Below are positions 27,762-37,265 of a DNA stretch of 64,000 bases, piece by piece. Location: the NCBI GenBank assembly GCA_036338695.1, contig JAYZBQ010000026.1, forward strand, positions 1 to 64,000, read 5' to 3'. Position 1 is the first letter of the stretch. Every line of letters begins with the position of its first letter. The stretch comes from Myxococcota bacterium (GTDB lineage Bacteria > Myxococcota > UBA4151). The notes beneath the pieces were generated by a model. That model searched no databases. It was not told the DNA's origin and worked only from the letters and a program-made list of their open reading frames with translations. The position numbers and the translations under genes were made by a program.

Positions 27762-29269
27762 GCGTCATGCTCCAGAATTCCGTCGGCGACAACGCGCGCC
27801 ATCGCCATGATCGTATGCTGTGGGTTAACCCCGAGATTAGTCGGTAAAAGCGCAGCATCTGCGATGTACAAACCCTCGACCTCATGCGCTTTACCCCGAC
27901 CGTCGCAGAAGGCACGCCCTGCGTCACGGCCCATCGTGGCGCCACCGAAGAGGTGGGAGATGATCACCGTGTAGGCTTTCGGGTGGGTCGAGGCGGTGTC
28001 AAACAGGTGCAGCTGATCCGGCTTGAGCCGATACGGCAGCCCCTGAATACCTGGCAAAACGTGCGTTGCGCCCATGGCGAAGTGAAGCTCTGCCGTTTTT
28101 TTTAAGCCGGCTCGTAGCCGGTGCATATCCTCTTGGTCCATGATGTAGTTAACCGCCGGACGATCGCCCCATCCGTTGCGTACGGTCCCCGCCGAATTGG
28201 CGCGGCACGCGGCGACCCAGACGCCCATGCGCGGGAGCTCCTCAATACGCTCCATCAAGGCCGAACCCCCGCCTTTAAGCCGGACCGCCGAGAGCTCAAG
28301 CGGCAGATTCAAGGTCTCGAGTTTGTAGCCCGGGGTGCTGCGGAATTCGACGCTTGCCCAGCCCTGTGTGGCGCCAAAGTCCATCCCGACCGGCTCCGGA
28401 TACACACCGGGAACGGCGCAACCGGGGTGCGCTCGAAACCCCTGCCCGAGCGGTCGCATCTTCAGCCCGCTGCGCTGCAAAATGCAGGGCGTGTGCGTGC
28501 TCGACGCCGCAACCACGACCCCCTGCCGCGCCCGGACCTCAAACCGAGCGCCCTTCGCTCGTGTCTGCGGGTGCCGGAAACGCCCCTCGACCCCCACCGC
28601 TCGTCCGCGCTCGATCACTAACCGCTTGACGGGCGCGCAGCTCAACAGGGCGCCGCCACGCTCGAGCACTTCGGGGACCCACTGCAGGTTCGTGCTCTGC
28701 TTCTTGCCATGACGACACCCTTGAAGGCATCCGGCGCTGCCGAGGCAGTCCTTGACCGAGCGCCGCATCAGGTGCCCCTCGATACCCAGCTTCTCGGCAG
28801 CTTGCGCCGCCAACTCAGAGCTTCTCCCGAGACGGCCAGGGCGCGTCGTCTCGACAAACAGCTCCTCTTCGATCCGATCTTGGTGCGCCCAGACCTGCTC
28901 AGCGAGCGCATCACCCCCGACGCCGTGCTCTCGCTCCCACTGCGCAAAAATATCGCCCGGCGTGCGCACCACGATCGCTGAGTTGATCACGGTCGACCCT
29001 CCCACGCAGGCTGCCTGGATGATCGGCCAAATGGCCCGGCCGCGCGTCACCGTGGTGCCCCAATGATCAAAAAGATCACGGAAGCTTCCGTACACGCTCG
29101 ATGGGTAGTCGCCCGGGTCACGCCACGGGCCGGCTTCCACCATGACGACCTTAGCGCCGCCACGCGCAAGCTGCGATGCCGCGGCAGCGCCCCCAGCGCC
29201 CGTCCCGATGACGACATAGTCGGCGTCCCACACGACTGGCTGCTGCGCCTCATAAGCTTGGTGCGTCAT
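27758..29269 (-). CDS. GMC-family FAD oxidoreductase (long-chain alcohol oxidase-like)
   Basis: DYVVIGTGAGG, GGSTVINS, CLGSAGCLQGC, SHLFGGATMG, GLYIADA, GVNPQHTIMA. Start reassigned to the ATGA overlap at 29269. Confidence 0.9.
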   Translation of the reverse strand: MTHQAYEAQQPVVWDADYVVIGTGAGGAAAASQLARGGAKVVMVEAGPWRDPGDYPSSVYGSFRDLFDHWGTTVTRGRAIWPIIQAACVGGSTVINSAIVVRTPGDIFAQWEREHGVGGDALAEQVWAHQDRIEEELFVETTRPGRLGRSSELAAQAAEKLGIEGHLMRRSVKDCLGSAGCLQGCRHGKKQSTNLQWVPEVLERGGALLSCAPVKRLVIERGRAVGVEGRFRHPQTRAKGARFEVRARQGVVVAASSTHTPCILQRSGLKMRPLGQGFRAHPGCAVPGVYPEPVGMDFGATQGWASVEFRSTPGYKLETLNLPLELSAVRLKGGGSALMERIEELPRMGVWVAACRANSAGTVRNGWGDRPAVNYIMDQEDMHRLRAGLKKTAELHFAMGATHVLPGIQGLPYRLKPDQLHLFDTASTHPKAYTVIISHLFGGATMGRDAGRAFCDGRGKAHEVEGLYIADAALLPTNLGVNPQHTIMAMARVVADGILEHDA

Positions 29270-29667
29270 GACATCCCTCGCCACGTCCCCGGATCTTCGG
29301 GATAAGGTTTCATGCCATAAGCCGCTCGCACCTCTGGATCTTGCCCCCAAGCCATCCCAGCGACCTGTTTGAGGACCAGCGAGATCTGCCGCACCAGGTA
29401 GAACGATGTGCTGGTGAGGCGGTCGGTGTGCGCGTGCCTCAGCCGCGCCGGCAACCACACCGCAGGCAGTGGCACAAAGACGGTAAAGAGTGGTGAGACG
29501 AGCCAAATCAGCACGGCGAGGTTGAGGACCATCCGCATCTCAAAAGGTGCGTCTCGGCGCAGCTCGGCCACCACGACCGGGCCTCGCGTCGATGCGGCGA
29601 TCCCCGGGACCTTCTCGTTCCCCGGTATGACCGCGTCGAGCGCCTTGAGCGTTAACCACCCCATCAT
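29266..29667 (-). CDS. Small GMC partner protein (gluconate 2-dehydrogenase subunit 3-like)
   Basis: LDAVIPG near the N-terminus and DPEVRAAYG near the C-terminus; overlaps both neighbours by 4 nt. Confidence 0.55.
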   Translation of the reverse strand: MMGWLTLKALDAVIPGNEKVPGIAASTRGPVVVAELRRDAPFEMRMVLNLAVLIWLVSPLFTVFVPLPAVWLPARLRHAHTDRLTSTSFYLVRQISLVLKQVAGMAWGQDPEVRAAYGMKPYPEDPGTWRGMS

Positions 29668-30392
29668 GAGAGCAACTCCTTTCGGACGCGCTCGAGGCCA
29701 GCGCGCTCAAATGCCGTCAGAGCCTCTGCGATCATCGACAAGACCTCGTCTCGAGAGGCTGGCTCATGGACAGCCAGCCGAACGGCTTCGAGCAGCGCCT
29801 GATTGGCTTGGTGGTGTTGTTCAAGCGGCCCCATGAAGGCACGGACCACCTCGGGGCGAGCGGCGAAACATCGGCGCACGCTCTCGTTCAGCAGCGGAAC
29901 GACTCGGTTCGCAGCGATCTCGATAAACAGCCGCTCGATGCTTCGCTCCTGCGCCTCATACTCATCGGGTTGGTCCAGGCACTGAGCCTGATGCGTCACC
30001 AGAGCCTCCAACCTCGCCACGTGGTCCGAGCTCATGACCCTGAGCGCCTCGTCGAGGATGTGCAGGACAACGACGCGGCGCAGACCCACCAACTGCCTGA
30101 CCACCAGCATCGCCTCTTCGGGCGCCAGGTCCTCGCTCGCAAGGACCCACGAGAGCCAGTCGAGCGGCGCCCGGTCTAAGTCGGCGCAGACCCGTGTTCC
30201 GGACCCGTGCCGCGCCTCGAGGAGCCCTTCCGCCTGCAGCTGCGCAATCCCCGCTCGGAGCGACCCACGCGAGACACCAAGCTGCTCCGCAAGTCGACGC
30301 TCTGCCGGCAGGGTCTCCCCGGGCGCTAGAGCGCCTCCGGCGATCTGTGCGCGCAGGCGCTCGGCGACTTGATCACTGACTGTCTGCATCAT
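29664..30392 (-). CDS. GntR/FadR family transcriptional regulator
   Basis: LAPGETLPAERRLAEQLGVSRGSLRAGIAQLQAEGLLEARHGSGTRV winged HTH plus helical FCD-like domain. Confidence 0.92.
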   Translation of the reverse strand: MMQTVSDQVAERLRAQIAGGALAPGETLPAERRLAEQLGVSRGSLRAGIAQLQAEGLLEARHGSGTRVCADLDRAPLDWLSWVLASEDLAPEEAMLVVRQLVGLRRVVVLHILDEALRVMSSDHVARLEALVTHQAQCLDQPDEYEAQERSIERLFIEIAANRVVPLLNESVRRCFAARPEVVRAFMGPLEQHHQANQALLEAVRLAVHEPASRDEVLSMIAEALTAFERAGLERVRKELLS

Positions 30393-30409
30393 GACGGCAC
30401 GATCGTCCC

Positions 30410-30439
30410 AATTGGTTCAACCAAATGGTTGGACCAATT
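30410..30439. promoter_or_regulatory. Tandem FadR-type operator
   Basis: AATTGGTTCAACCAAATGGTTGGACCAATT: two TGGT-N3-ACCA boxes forming a near-perfect 30-bp palindrome, 17 bp upstream of the gntR gene. Matches the FadR-subfamily operator pattern. Confidence 0.75.
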
Positions 30440-30485
30440 ACTCAAAGAATGCAAGGGCGCAGGTCGAGCGGCGGTTCCTGTCTGG

Positions 30486-31793
30486 CTAAAGGGCGCCTTG
30501 CACGCCCAAGGTGACGCTGATGACGTGGCCAGTGGCGGTCCAGCTACCGACCGGATCCGACAACCCCGCCGCCTTCTCGGCGCGCCGGGAGGCGAGGTGA
30601 CTCCATTGAATCGAGGGTCCCACCGTCAGCGGCTGCGTGAACACACCGAAGGGTTCGAGGCGTCGGGTCACAACGCTCAACCCAAAGACGTGCCGGTCAT
30701 GATCGATCAGGTTGGTGTGATGAACCTGGTCGGGAATCGGTGACGGGACGAAGCTGTAGCCGGCGCTCGCTTCCCACGCAGTGCTCAACCAGGCGCTACC
30801 ACCGAGACCGACGCTCAACGTATCACGAAAACCCGGACTCTGACGCGGCTGAGCGTTCGGGTCTGGGACATCAAGGGCGTTACCTAACCCCAGGGACTCA
30901 GCGTCCTGGCCCCGGATATCGATCGCCAGATCCACCGACGGGTCTTCGACAACTGACCACTGCTTCCACTGAGCCGCTAGCTCGACGCTCCAGCGACTCG
31001 AGCGCCACTCCAGGCCAGCACCAACAACGGTCGGTAACACATGCGTCGACCCCGACAGATCGAGGTGCATCCCCGCATCCAACTCGGCGGTCGTGAGCCC
31101 CGCTGGGGTGGCAAACCTCATCACCAGCGGCGAGCGATAAACCAGCCCAAAATGAAGCTGCTCATGAGCGAGTCGGAGCCCCACCATCGGACCGTACTGC
31201 CCGGTGAACTTGAAGTCGATCTCTCGCTCGTTCCAGGTGTTGGTCGTCAGGTCGATCTGCGCCGTAATCGCACCCTGAAAGCCGCTGTTGTTGTGAACGC
31301 CCAACGCCAGATCAAATCCGTCAAAAAACCGGACGGCGAGCGCCATCTGAGCGATAAAAATATCCGGATAGGAGTCGTACATATACCAGTGCGGCCGGCG
31401 CGTATCGAGGCTGCGAGCGCGCACCAAAAGACCGTTTGGGACCTCGAGCAGGGCGCCGAGACTCGCACGGCCGGCCAGCCGCCCCGACAAAGGCACGGCG
31501 AAACCTGCGGCGGTGTTCTGGAAGGTCTCAGGTAAAGCCGGAGCCAGCGGCGCTCCCGGGCGATCCAGCGCCACGTCGACGCCCGGCGCGTTGATCTGAT
31601 GGGTCACCGCAAACTCGATGCGCGAGATATCCATCAACCCCGCGGGGTTGGAAAAAGTCGCAAAAAGGTCGCGTGCGCCGGCGATGTTGGCGACGCCGCG
31701 CGCCGGCCCTCGAAGGCCTACCCCGTAGAGCTCGAGCGGGCTCGCCTGAGCCGAGCCGCCCAACAAGGTCAGGAAGACTAGCGCGACTCGCAT
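30486..31793 (-). CDS. FadL/OmpP1-family outer-membrane transporter
   Basis: Signal peptide MRVALVFLTLLGGSAQA, hatch motif ATFSNPAGL, alternating beta-strands, GYSFVPSPIP, DHDRH. Confidence 0.75.
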   Translation of the reverse strand: MRVALVFLTLLGGSAQASPLELYGVGLRGPARGVANIAGARDLFATFSNPAGLMDISRIEFAVTHQINAPGVDVALDRPGAPLAPALPETFQNTAAGFAVPLSGRLAGRASLGALLEVPNGLLVRARSLDTRRPHWYMYDSYPDIFIAQMALAVRFFDGFDLALGVHNNSGFQGAITAQIDLTTNTWNEREIDFKFTGQYGPMVGLRLAHEQLHFGLVYRSPLVMRFATPAGLTTAELDAGMHLDLSGSTHVLPTVVGAGLEWRSSRWSVELAAQWKQWSVVEDPSVDLAIDIRGQDAESLGLGNALDVPDPNAQPRQSPGFRDTLSVGLGGSAWLSTAWEASAGYSFVPSPIPDQVHHTNLIDHDRHVFGLSVVTRRLEPFGVFTQPLTVGPSIQWSHLASRRAEKAAGLSDPVGSWTATGHVISVTLGVQGAL

Positions 31794-32932
31794 GGACCCT
31801 CCTGGCGAAACCAAGCGAGCCAGGCGTCAAGGGCTGCGCTCAGCTCGGGCGCGTCGAGCGTCTCGACGAGCAGCTTCATCACCGAGCCGGTCAGGATCGG
31901 CTCGACGGCGGCGTTGAGCGCTAAGCGCATCCCGTCCTCCTCCGCCAAGCTCTGCGCGACGTGGTGTAAGGGCTGATTGAGCGTCACCAACGCAGACGCG
32001 TCCGAAGAGTTCGCCGGCAACAAGGAAGCGAGCTCGAGCTCCTCGCGGATCACGACGTCATAGACCAACCCCGAGACCGCGTAGGTCGGGTCGTGGCGCT
32101 CGGTGCAGGTCACCACCTGCCTCCAGGTTGCGCGGCGTTGGGGGTCCGAGAAGTGCTCGTCCACCACCGACAAAATCCGGTCCAGTCGCGCCAAGGACGA
32201 CTCGGGCAAGCGCTCCTCGAACAGCTGCCGAAGCTGCCCCTGCGTCTGCGCCACATCAAAGGCAGGCTGAGCGCTTGCGTTCATGATCTGTGCCACCAAC
32301 AACCCAAAGGCTTTCCGCCCCTCCTCGCCCTCGAGCGTCAAGCTCGATAAAGCCTCGCTCAAGGCAGGATCCGCTGCGAGCTCACCGAGCTGCTCGGCGA
32401 GGCACACCAAGGTCGAACCACAGCTCATCTGATAGCCCGTTGCGTCGGCGATCGCCTGCGCGAGCGGGCGGCCCTCGCCGCAGTCGCTGAGCATCTTTCG
32501 CACAGGGTTCACCACCGCGAGGCGCTCACGATCGCTGACGAGAAAGGTCGCCAGCTCACCCAGAGCGCTCGTGTCCAAGGGCTCCCCCTGCAGCCACTCG
32601 AGGATCGGATCGATCAGCTCACTCGCCGGGTGCAAATCCACGAGCGCAAGCGCCGCCCGAAACGCCGGACTCAAGCGGTCCCCCCCAAGGAATAACTCGA
32701 CCTCCTGCGGGTCCTCCATCAGGGCTGCGAGTTCCGGATCGATACGCCCGGTGAGCAACATCGGATCGAGCAACAAGCCGAGCGGCTGAAGTGATCGCTC
32801 GTCGAGCACGCGCTGGGTCGCCTCGAGCGCACGCTGCCACTCTGCGCAGACGGGCTGCGGTGTAGGCGCCGGCGCCTGGGACTCCCCGAGCGCACAAGCC
32901 GCCAAAAGCAGCGTGAAACCACCTCTTCGCAT
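31778..32932 (-). CDS. Helical hypothetical protein, probable lipoprotein
   Basis: MRRGGFTLLLAAC lipobox-like start; overlaps the FadL-like gene start. Confidence 0.55.
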   Translation of the reverse strand: MRRGGFTLLLAACALGESQAPAPTPQPVCAEWQRALEATQRVLDERSLQPLGLLLDPMLLTGRIDPELAALMEDPQEVELFLGGDRLSPAFRAALALVDLHPASELIDPILEWLQGEPLDTSALGELATFLVSDRERLAVVNPVRKMLSDCGEGRPLAQAIADATGYQMSCGSTLVCLAEQLGELAADPALSEALSSLTLEGEEGRKAFGLLVAQIMNASAQPAFDVAQTQGQLRQLFEERLPESSLARLDRILSVVDEHFSDPQRRATWRQVVTCTERHDPTYAVSGLVYDVVIREELELASLLPANSSDASALVTLNQPLHHVAQSLAEEDGMRLALNAAVEPILTGSVMKLLVETLDAPELSAALDAWLAWFRQEGPCESR

Positions 32933-33023
32933 CGCTGCGCCTGCCCCCCCTATGGGTCATATGCGGAAGCGCTGAGCGAATCCAGTCTGGACCTCACCCC
33001 CCGTGAGCCCCTACTCACGCCCC

Positions 33024-33707
33024 ATGAACGATCCCGCAAGTCAGCGCGCACGCGCCCTGTGGCTCAGCGCCCCCGTCGTCGTGGCGATCGGGCGCCTGAT
33101 CGACTGGTGGCGACTTGGGCGCGCCGATGAGTGGGCTTACTACCTCGGTGAGCCGATCCCGATCTTTTGGGCGCTGGTCCTCGCCTTATGCGGCCTCGCA
33201 GCGACCGTCCCCGTCCGGCGCGGCTGGCTGCGCGCCGGCGTGTTCTTGTGGCTCGCCGTTTGTTACGGTGTGCTGCCGACCCAGGCGGGGTCCATGACCG
33301 CCCACCCTGACTACTTCCTCCAAGACGCGGTGGACCAAATCAACGACACCATCCATCGCGCCCGGAGCCAAAACAGCCTCCCCTCGCATGCGGTCGAGCT
33401 TCGGCGACTGCTCACCCTCGATCAGCGCATTCATTATCGACGCGGTCAAGAACACCACGTCTCGCTCGAGGTGGAGGTCCACCCCAAGGCAAGCGGTCCC
33501 GTCCTCAAGCCAGCCAACCGGCCGGGCGTGATCCATGTGGCGCGCAACCCGGCGGACGGCCGCATCTGGGTCACCGCGACCGGTCTGAACTTCGCTCGCT
33601 TCGGCGCGCCGGTATTGCTTCAAGATGACGCAGCCGGTACCGCGCTGGTGCTGGAACACGGTGCGCTCGAGCGACGCCCAAACACCCCGCCGCAGGAGGC
33701 TCCTTGA
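33024..33707 (+). CDS. Hypothetical membrane protein
   Basis: Three hydrophobic segments, then a soluble domain; overlaps the DUF962 gene (TTGA). Confidence 0.55.
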   Translation: MNDPASQRARALWLSAPVVVAIGRLIDWWRLGRADEWAYYLGEPIPIFWALVLALCGLAATVPVRRGWLRAGVFLWLAVCYGVLPTQAGSMTAHPDYFLQDAVDQINDTIHRARSQNSLPSHAVELRRLLTLDQRIHYRRGQEHHVSLEVEVHPKASGPVLKPANRPGVIHVARNPADGRIWVTATGLNFARFGAPVLLQDDAAGTALVLEHGALERRPNTPPQEAP

Positions 33708-34075
33708 ACCGCTTCGAATCGTTCCAGGCGTTCTATCCCTATTACCTGAGCGAACACCGCAACGGGGCGTGCAGGCTGCTGCATTTCATCGGCACCACCG
33801 GAGTCCTTGGCGCGTTCGTCCTCGCTCTTGTGACCGGTCAGCTTGCGCTGATTTTGATCTGTCCGGTGATCGGCTACGGGAGCGCCTGGGTTGGTCACTT
33901 CATCTTTGAGAAGAACCGCCCTGCTACCTTCCAATACCCCCTGTGGAGCTTACGCGGGGACTTCGTGATGTACGCCGACATCCTGTTCGGAGAGGTCCCG
34001 CTCTTCGGCGACTTACCCGAGCGATTCTACGAGGGGCATGAGCTCAGCCAGCGCCGCCAGATGACGAAGCCTTGA
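33704..34075 (+). CDS. DUF962 / Mpo1-like membrane protein
   Basis: FYPYYLSEH, CRLLHFIGT, AWVGHFIFEKNRPATFQYPLWSLRGDF; AGGAGG RBS. Confidence 0.9.
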   Translation: MNRFESFQAFYPYYLSEHRNGACRLLHFIGTTGVLGAFVLALVTGQLALILICPVIGYGSAWVGHFIFEKNRPATFQYPLWSLRGDFVMYADILFGEVPLFGDLPERFYEGHELSQRRQMTKP

Positions 34076-35426
34076 TCTCGGCAGACGCCAGCTCCTGAGC
34101 TCGCTCGAGCAGTCGCTCGAGCGTGTTGCGATCAGGGTCCTCCAGAACCCAGTCCAGCAGCGCCGACAAGACCGGACCCAGCCAGGGGCCGGGGGCGCGC
34201 CCGAGCGCCTGACAAAGGGCTGTGCCGTCAACCGCCAGATCTTTACGCGCCAACACCGCGCCGCGTGCGAGCTCGGCTCGTAAGCGCTGCTCGATCTCCA
34301 CCACCCCCTCGATCAGCTGCGGAACGTCGGGGGTCCCCTTGGCGGTGATGTCGGCTCGTTTGAGCGCGAGAAACGCGTCAAGGCGGTCGGTCCCGACCTT
34401 GCGCAGCAGGCGCCGAATCGCGGCGTCGCCCCACTCGGGGCTAGGATGCAGCATATGGGTCGCCACGAGCGCGCGCACCGCTTCACGTCGAGCCTTTGAG
34501 AAGCGTAAGCGGGCAGCGACCTGCTCAGCGAGCTCAACACTGATCTGTTCATGACCAAAAAACCGGAACTCGCCGGCTCGTTCAGGGTGTGGCTCGGCGC
34601 TCGGTGGCTTGCCGAGGTCGTGGAGCAGCGCAGCCCAGCGGATGTCGGTCATACCAGCAGGTACGGCGTCCACGCAGGCGAGGGTATGGTCCCAGCAGTC
34701 GTACGCGTGAAACTGATTTTGAGCCTGACCGACAAGCGGCAACAGCTCGGGCAGCGCGTGCTCAAGGAGGCTCGTTCGCAGCGCGAGATTCAAACCAACG
34801 CTCGGCTGCTGCGCACGCTCAAGCAGCAGCGAAAGTTCACGCTCGATCCGCTCCCACGCCACCTGGCGCAAGCCCGCCGCTTGAGCCCTCATCGCCTCCT
34901 CCAGGCCCGGCGCAGGCATCAGATAATGCGTGGCGGCAAATCGCACGGCGCGCAGCAAGCGAAGGGCATCCTCTGCGAAGCGCTCATCGGCCCGTCCCAC
35001 GCACCGGAGCGTCTGCGTCTGAAGATCGGCCATCCCGTCAAAGGGGTCGACGTACTCGCCTGTCAGGGGGTCCCAAGCGATGGCGTTGACGGTGAAGTCT
35101 CGGCGTTTGAGATCCTCTTCGAGCTCGGTGACGAAGCGGACCGAATCCGGCCGCCGCTGGTCGGTGTAACTCGACTCATGCCGAAAGGTCGTCACCTCAA
35201 CCGGCGCCTCGTCGATCACGACCGTGACCGTTCCATGCTGCAGGCCTGTGGGATAGACGCGCTCGAACAGCGCCATCACCTCCTCAGGCCGAGCCGAGGT
35301 CGCGATGTCGAGATCGCCGGAAGGTCGATCCAACAACCGATCTCGGACCCAACCTCCTGCGACCACGGCGCGATGACCCGCGCCCTGAAAGCGCTCGCAC
35401 ATCGCCTGCGCGAGGGCTTCACTCAT
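34044..35426 (-). CDS. cca: CCA tRNA nucleotidyltransferase with HD domain
   Basis: GGWVRDRLL, DLDIAT, EVTTFR, RRDFTVNA, EDALRLLRAVRF, ALLHDLGK, GHE. Confidence 0.9.
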   Translation of the reverse strand: MSEALAQAMCERFQGAGHRAVVAGGWVRDRLLDRPSGDLDIATSARPEEVMALFERVYPTGLQHGTVTVVIDEAPVEVTTFRHESSYTDQRRPDSVRFVTELEEDLKRRDFTVNAIAWDPLTGEYVDPFDGMADLQTQTLRCVGRADERFAEDALRLLRAVRFAATHYLMPAPGLEEAMRAQAAGLRQVAWERIERELSLLLERAQQPSVGLNLALRTSLLEHALPELLPLVGQAQNQFHAYDCWDHTLACVDAVPAGMTDIRWAALLHDLGKPPSAEPHPERAGEFRFFGHEQISVELAEQVAARLRFSKARREAVRALVATHMLHPSPEWGDAAIRRLLRKVGTDRLDAFLALKRADITAKGTPDVPQLIEGVVEIEQRLRAELARGAVLARKDLAVDGTALCQALGRAPGPWLGPVLSALLDWVLEDPDRNTLERLLERAQELASAEIKASSSGGAG

Positions 35427-35857
35427 TTGGGAAAGAGTTGCTCAGCGCGCTTCTTGAACTGATTCAGCATGGCAGGGAAGGTCAGCTCAACGATGCGTCG
35501 CGTGATCGCCTTGGGGACAAAGACGCCGACGCCAACGTCGACGCCGTAGCTCGCCTCAATACGACCGTCGCCGAGATCCTTGATGTCCCAGCCACCGTTG
35601 TTGTGCTTAAACCACTTGCTCGAATGAAGCGTCCACTTCAGCTCAGAGTGTGGTCTCCCCACCAAATTCAACGTGTACTGAATCGACTTCACCACGCGGA
35701 TCGTGAACAGGACCCGAGCCGAGTCCCCGTCTCGGGAGAGCACCTCAATCGCCTCGACGTCGTTACAGAACTCAGGGTAAGCCTCAAAATCGGCGACGAC
35801 CGAATAGAACTGCTCAGGGGTGACGTTGATGATCACGCTTCGATTCGCAACAGCCAT
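35423..35857 (-). CDS. SRPBCC / RatA-like (START-fold) protein
   Basis: TPEQFYSVVADFEAYPEF and FKKRAEQL motifs of the Coq10/RatA family. Confidence 0.8.
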   Translation of the reverse strand: MAVANRSVIINVTPEQFYSVVADFEAYPEFCNDVEAIEVLSRDGDSARVLFTIRVVKSIQYTLNLVGRPHSELKWTLHSSKWFKHNNGGWDIKDLGDGRIEASYGVDVGVGVFVPKAITRRIVELTFPAMLNQFKKRAEQLFPK

Positions 35858-35859
35858 AA

Positions 35860-36825
35860 CTACTCCATGGGGCGACGGGTAAAATCGTGGATCGTCTCGA
35901 TGCGACGGATCGTGCCTGTTCTGCTGCGCAAAACCAAGCTGTGCGACGTCGCGCCTCCGCCGAAGAAGTCGACCCCGGGCAACATCGGCCCGCCCGTCAC
36001 GCCGGTCGCGCAGAACATGACATCCCCCGAGGCGATCTCCTCACAACTCCAGATCCGCGTCAGGTCCTCCTCCGAGAAACCCATGACCCGGGCGCGCTCG
36101 ATCTCCTCGTCGTTACGCCACGCCATACGCCCTTGAAAATCGCCACCAAGGCAGCGCATGGCCACAGCCGCGAGGACCCCCTCAGGGGCACCCCCGGTCG
36201 ACATAAACACGTCGACGCCGCTGTCCTCTTTGCACGTCGCGAGCGCAAAGTTGACGTCGCCGTCGCTGAACAAGCGAACCATCGCCCCCGCCGCTCGGAT
36301 CTCATCGATCATCGCCTGGTGGCGCGGGCGCTCGAGCACCGCAACCGTCAAATCCTCGACCTGGCACCCCTTCGCGTTGGCTACCGCCTTGAGGTTCTCT
36401 GTAGGGCTTTTTTCAAGGCTGATGCAGCCCTTACCCGAAGGACCGACTGCGATCTTTTGCATGTAGGAGTCCGGGGCGTTCATCAGGCACCCTTTGTTCC
36501 CGATCGCGATCACAGCGAGCGCGCCTGGCTTTCCGAAAGCGCACAGGTTCGTGCCCTCGAGGGGATCTAAAGCGATCGCCACTTCAGGGTCACCCGGCGC
36601 AGCGCGCCCGACTCGCTCGCCGATAAAGAGCATGGGCGCCTCGTCGCGCTCACCCTCACCGATCACCACCTCGCCGGCGATGGCGATCCCGTCAAAGGCG
36701 CGTCGCATGGCGTCAACCGCCGCTTGATCAGCGGCTTCTTTATTCCCTTTACCCGTCCAGCGAGCGCACGCCACGGCGGCGCGCTCGGTCACGCGGACAA
36801 GCTCGAGCGCAAGGTTTCTATCCAT
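35860..36825 (-). CDS. glpX: Class II fructose-1,6-bisphosphatase
   Basis: MDRNLALELVRVTE, VVIGEGERDEAPML, DPLEGT, APDSYM, DGDV, GGAPEGV, ATGVT. Confidence 0.96.
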   Translation of the reverse strand: MDRNLALELVRVTERAAVACARWTGKGNKEAADQAAVDAMRRAFDGIAIAGEVVIGEGERDEAPMLFIGERVGRAAPGDPEVAIALDPLEGTNLCAFGKPGALAVIAIGNKGCLMNAPDSYMQKIAVGPSGKGCISLEKSPTENLKAVANAKGCQVEDLTVAVLERPRHQAMIDEIRAAGAMVRLFSDGDVNFALATCKEDSGVDVFMSTGGAPEGVLAAVAMRCLGGDFQGRMAWRNDEEIERARVMGFSEEDLTRIWSCEEIASGDVMFCATGVTGGPMLPGVDFFGGGATSHSLVLRSRTGTIRRIETIHDFTRRPME

Positions 36826-37265
36826 CAGGCGAGCCCTCCTTGAGCGCCCTGGCAATAAGCCTGGAGCGCCCGGTACAATTCGTTCGGCCATGGTTTGGGT
36901 TTGGCGGTCTCGCGGTCAAGGACTGCGTGGGTCGTCGACCCGGTCGTCAGCAGCTCATCGCCCCGCAGCACGCGGTAAGCAAACGAGATCGAGGCGCGCC
37001 CAAGACGCTCCGACCAGCACTCGACCTCGAGCAGGTCATCATAGCACGCGCTGCGCCGATAGCGGCAGCGCACGTCGGTGACCGGAAGCATCATGCCCTG
37101 CTCCTCAAAACGCCCGTAGGGCATCCCCGAGGCGCGGATCCACTCGTTGCGCCCGATCTCAAAAAGGCGCAGGTAGTTGGCGTAATACATCACGCCCATC
37201 TGATCGGTGTCGCCGTAGATCACCCGGTACGTCGAGGTGATCCGATCGACCGCCGGCGAGCTCAT
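36825..37265 (-). CDS. Acyl-CoA thioesterase (YbgC/FadM hotdog family)
   Basis: RVIYGDTDQMGVMYYANYLRLFEIGR motif. Confidence 0.92.
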   Translation of the reverse strand: MSSPAVDRITSTYRVIYGDTDQMGVMYYANYLRLFEIGRNEWIRASGMPYGRFEEQGMMLPVTDVRCRYRRSACYDDLLEVECWSERLGRASISFAYRVLRGDELLTTGSTTHAVLDRETAKPKPWPNELYRALQAYCQGAQGGLA

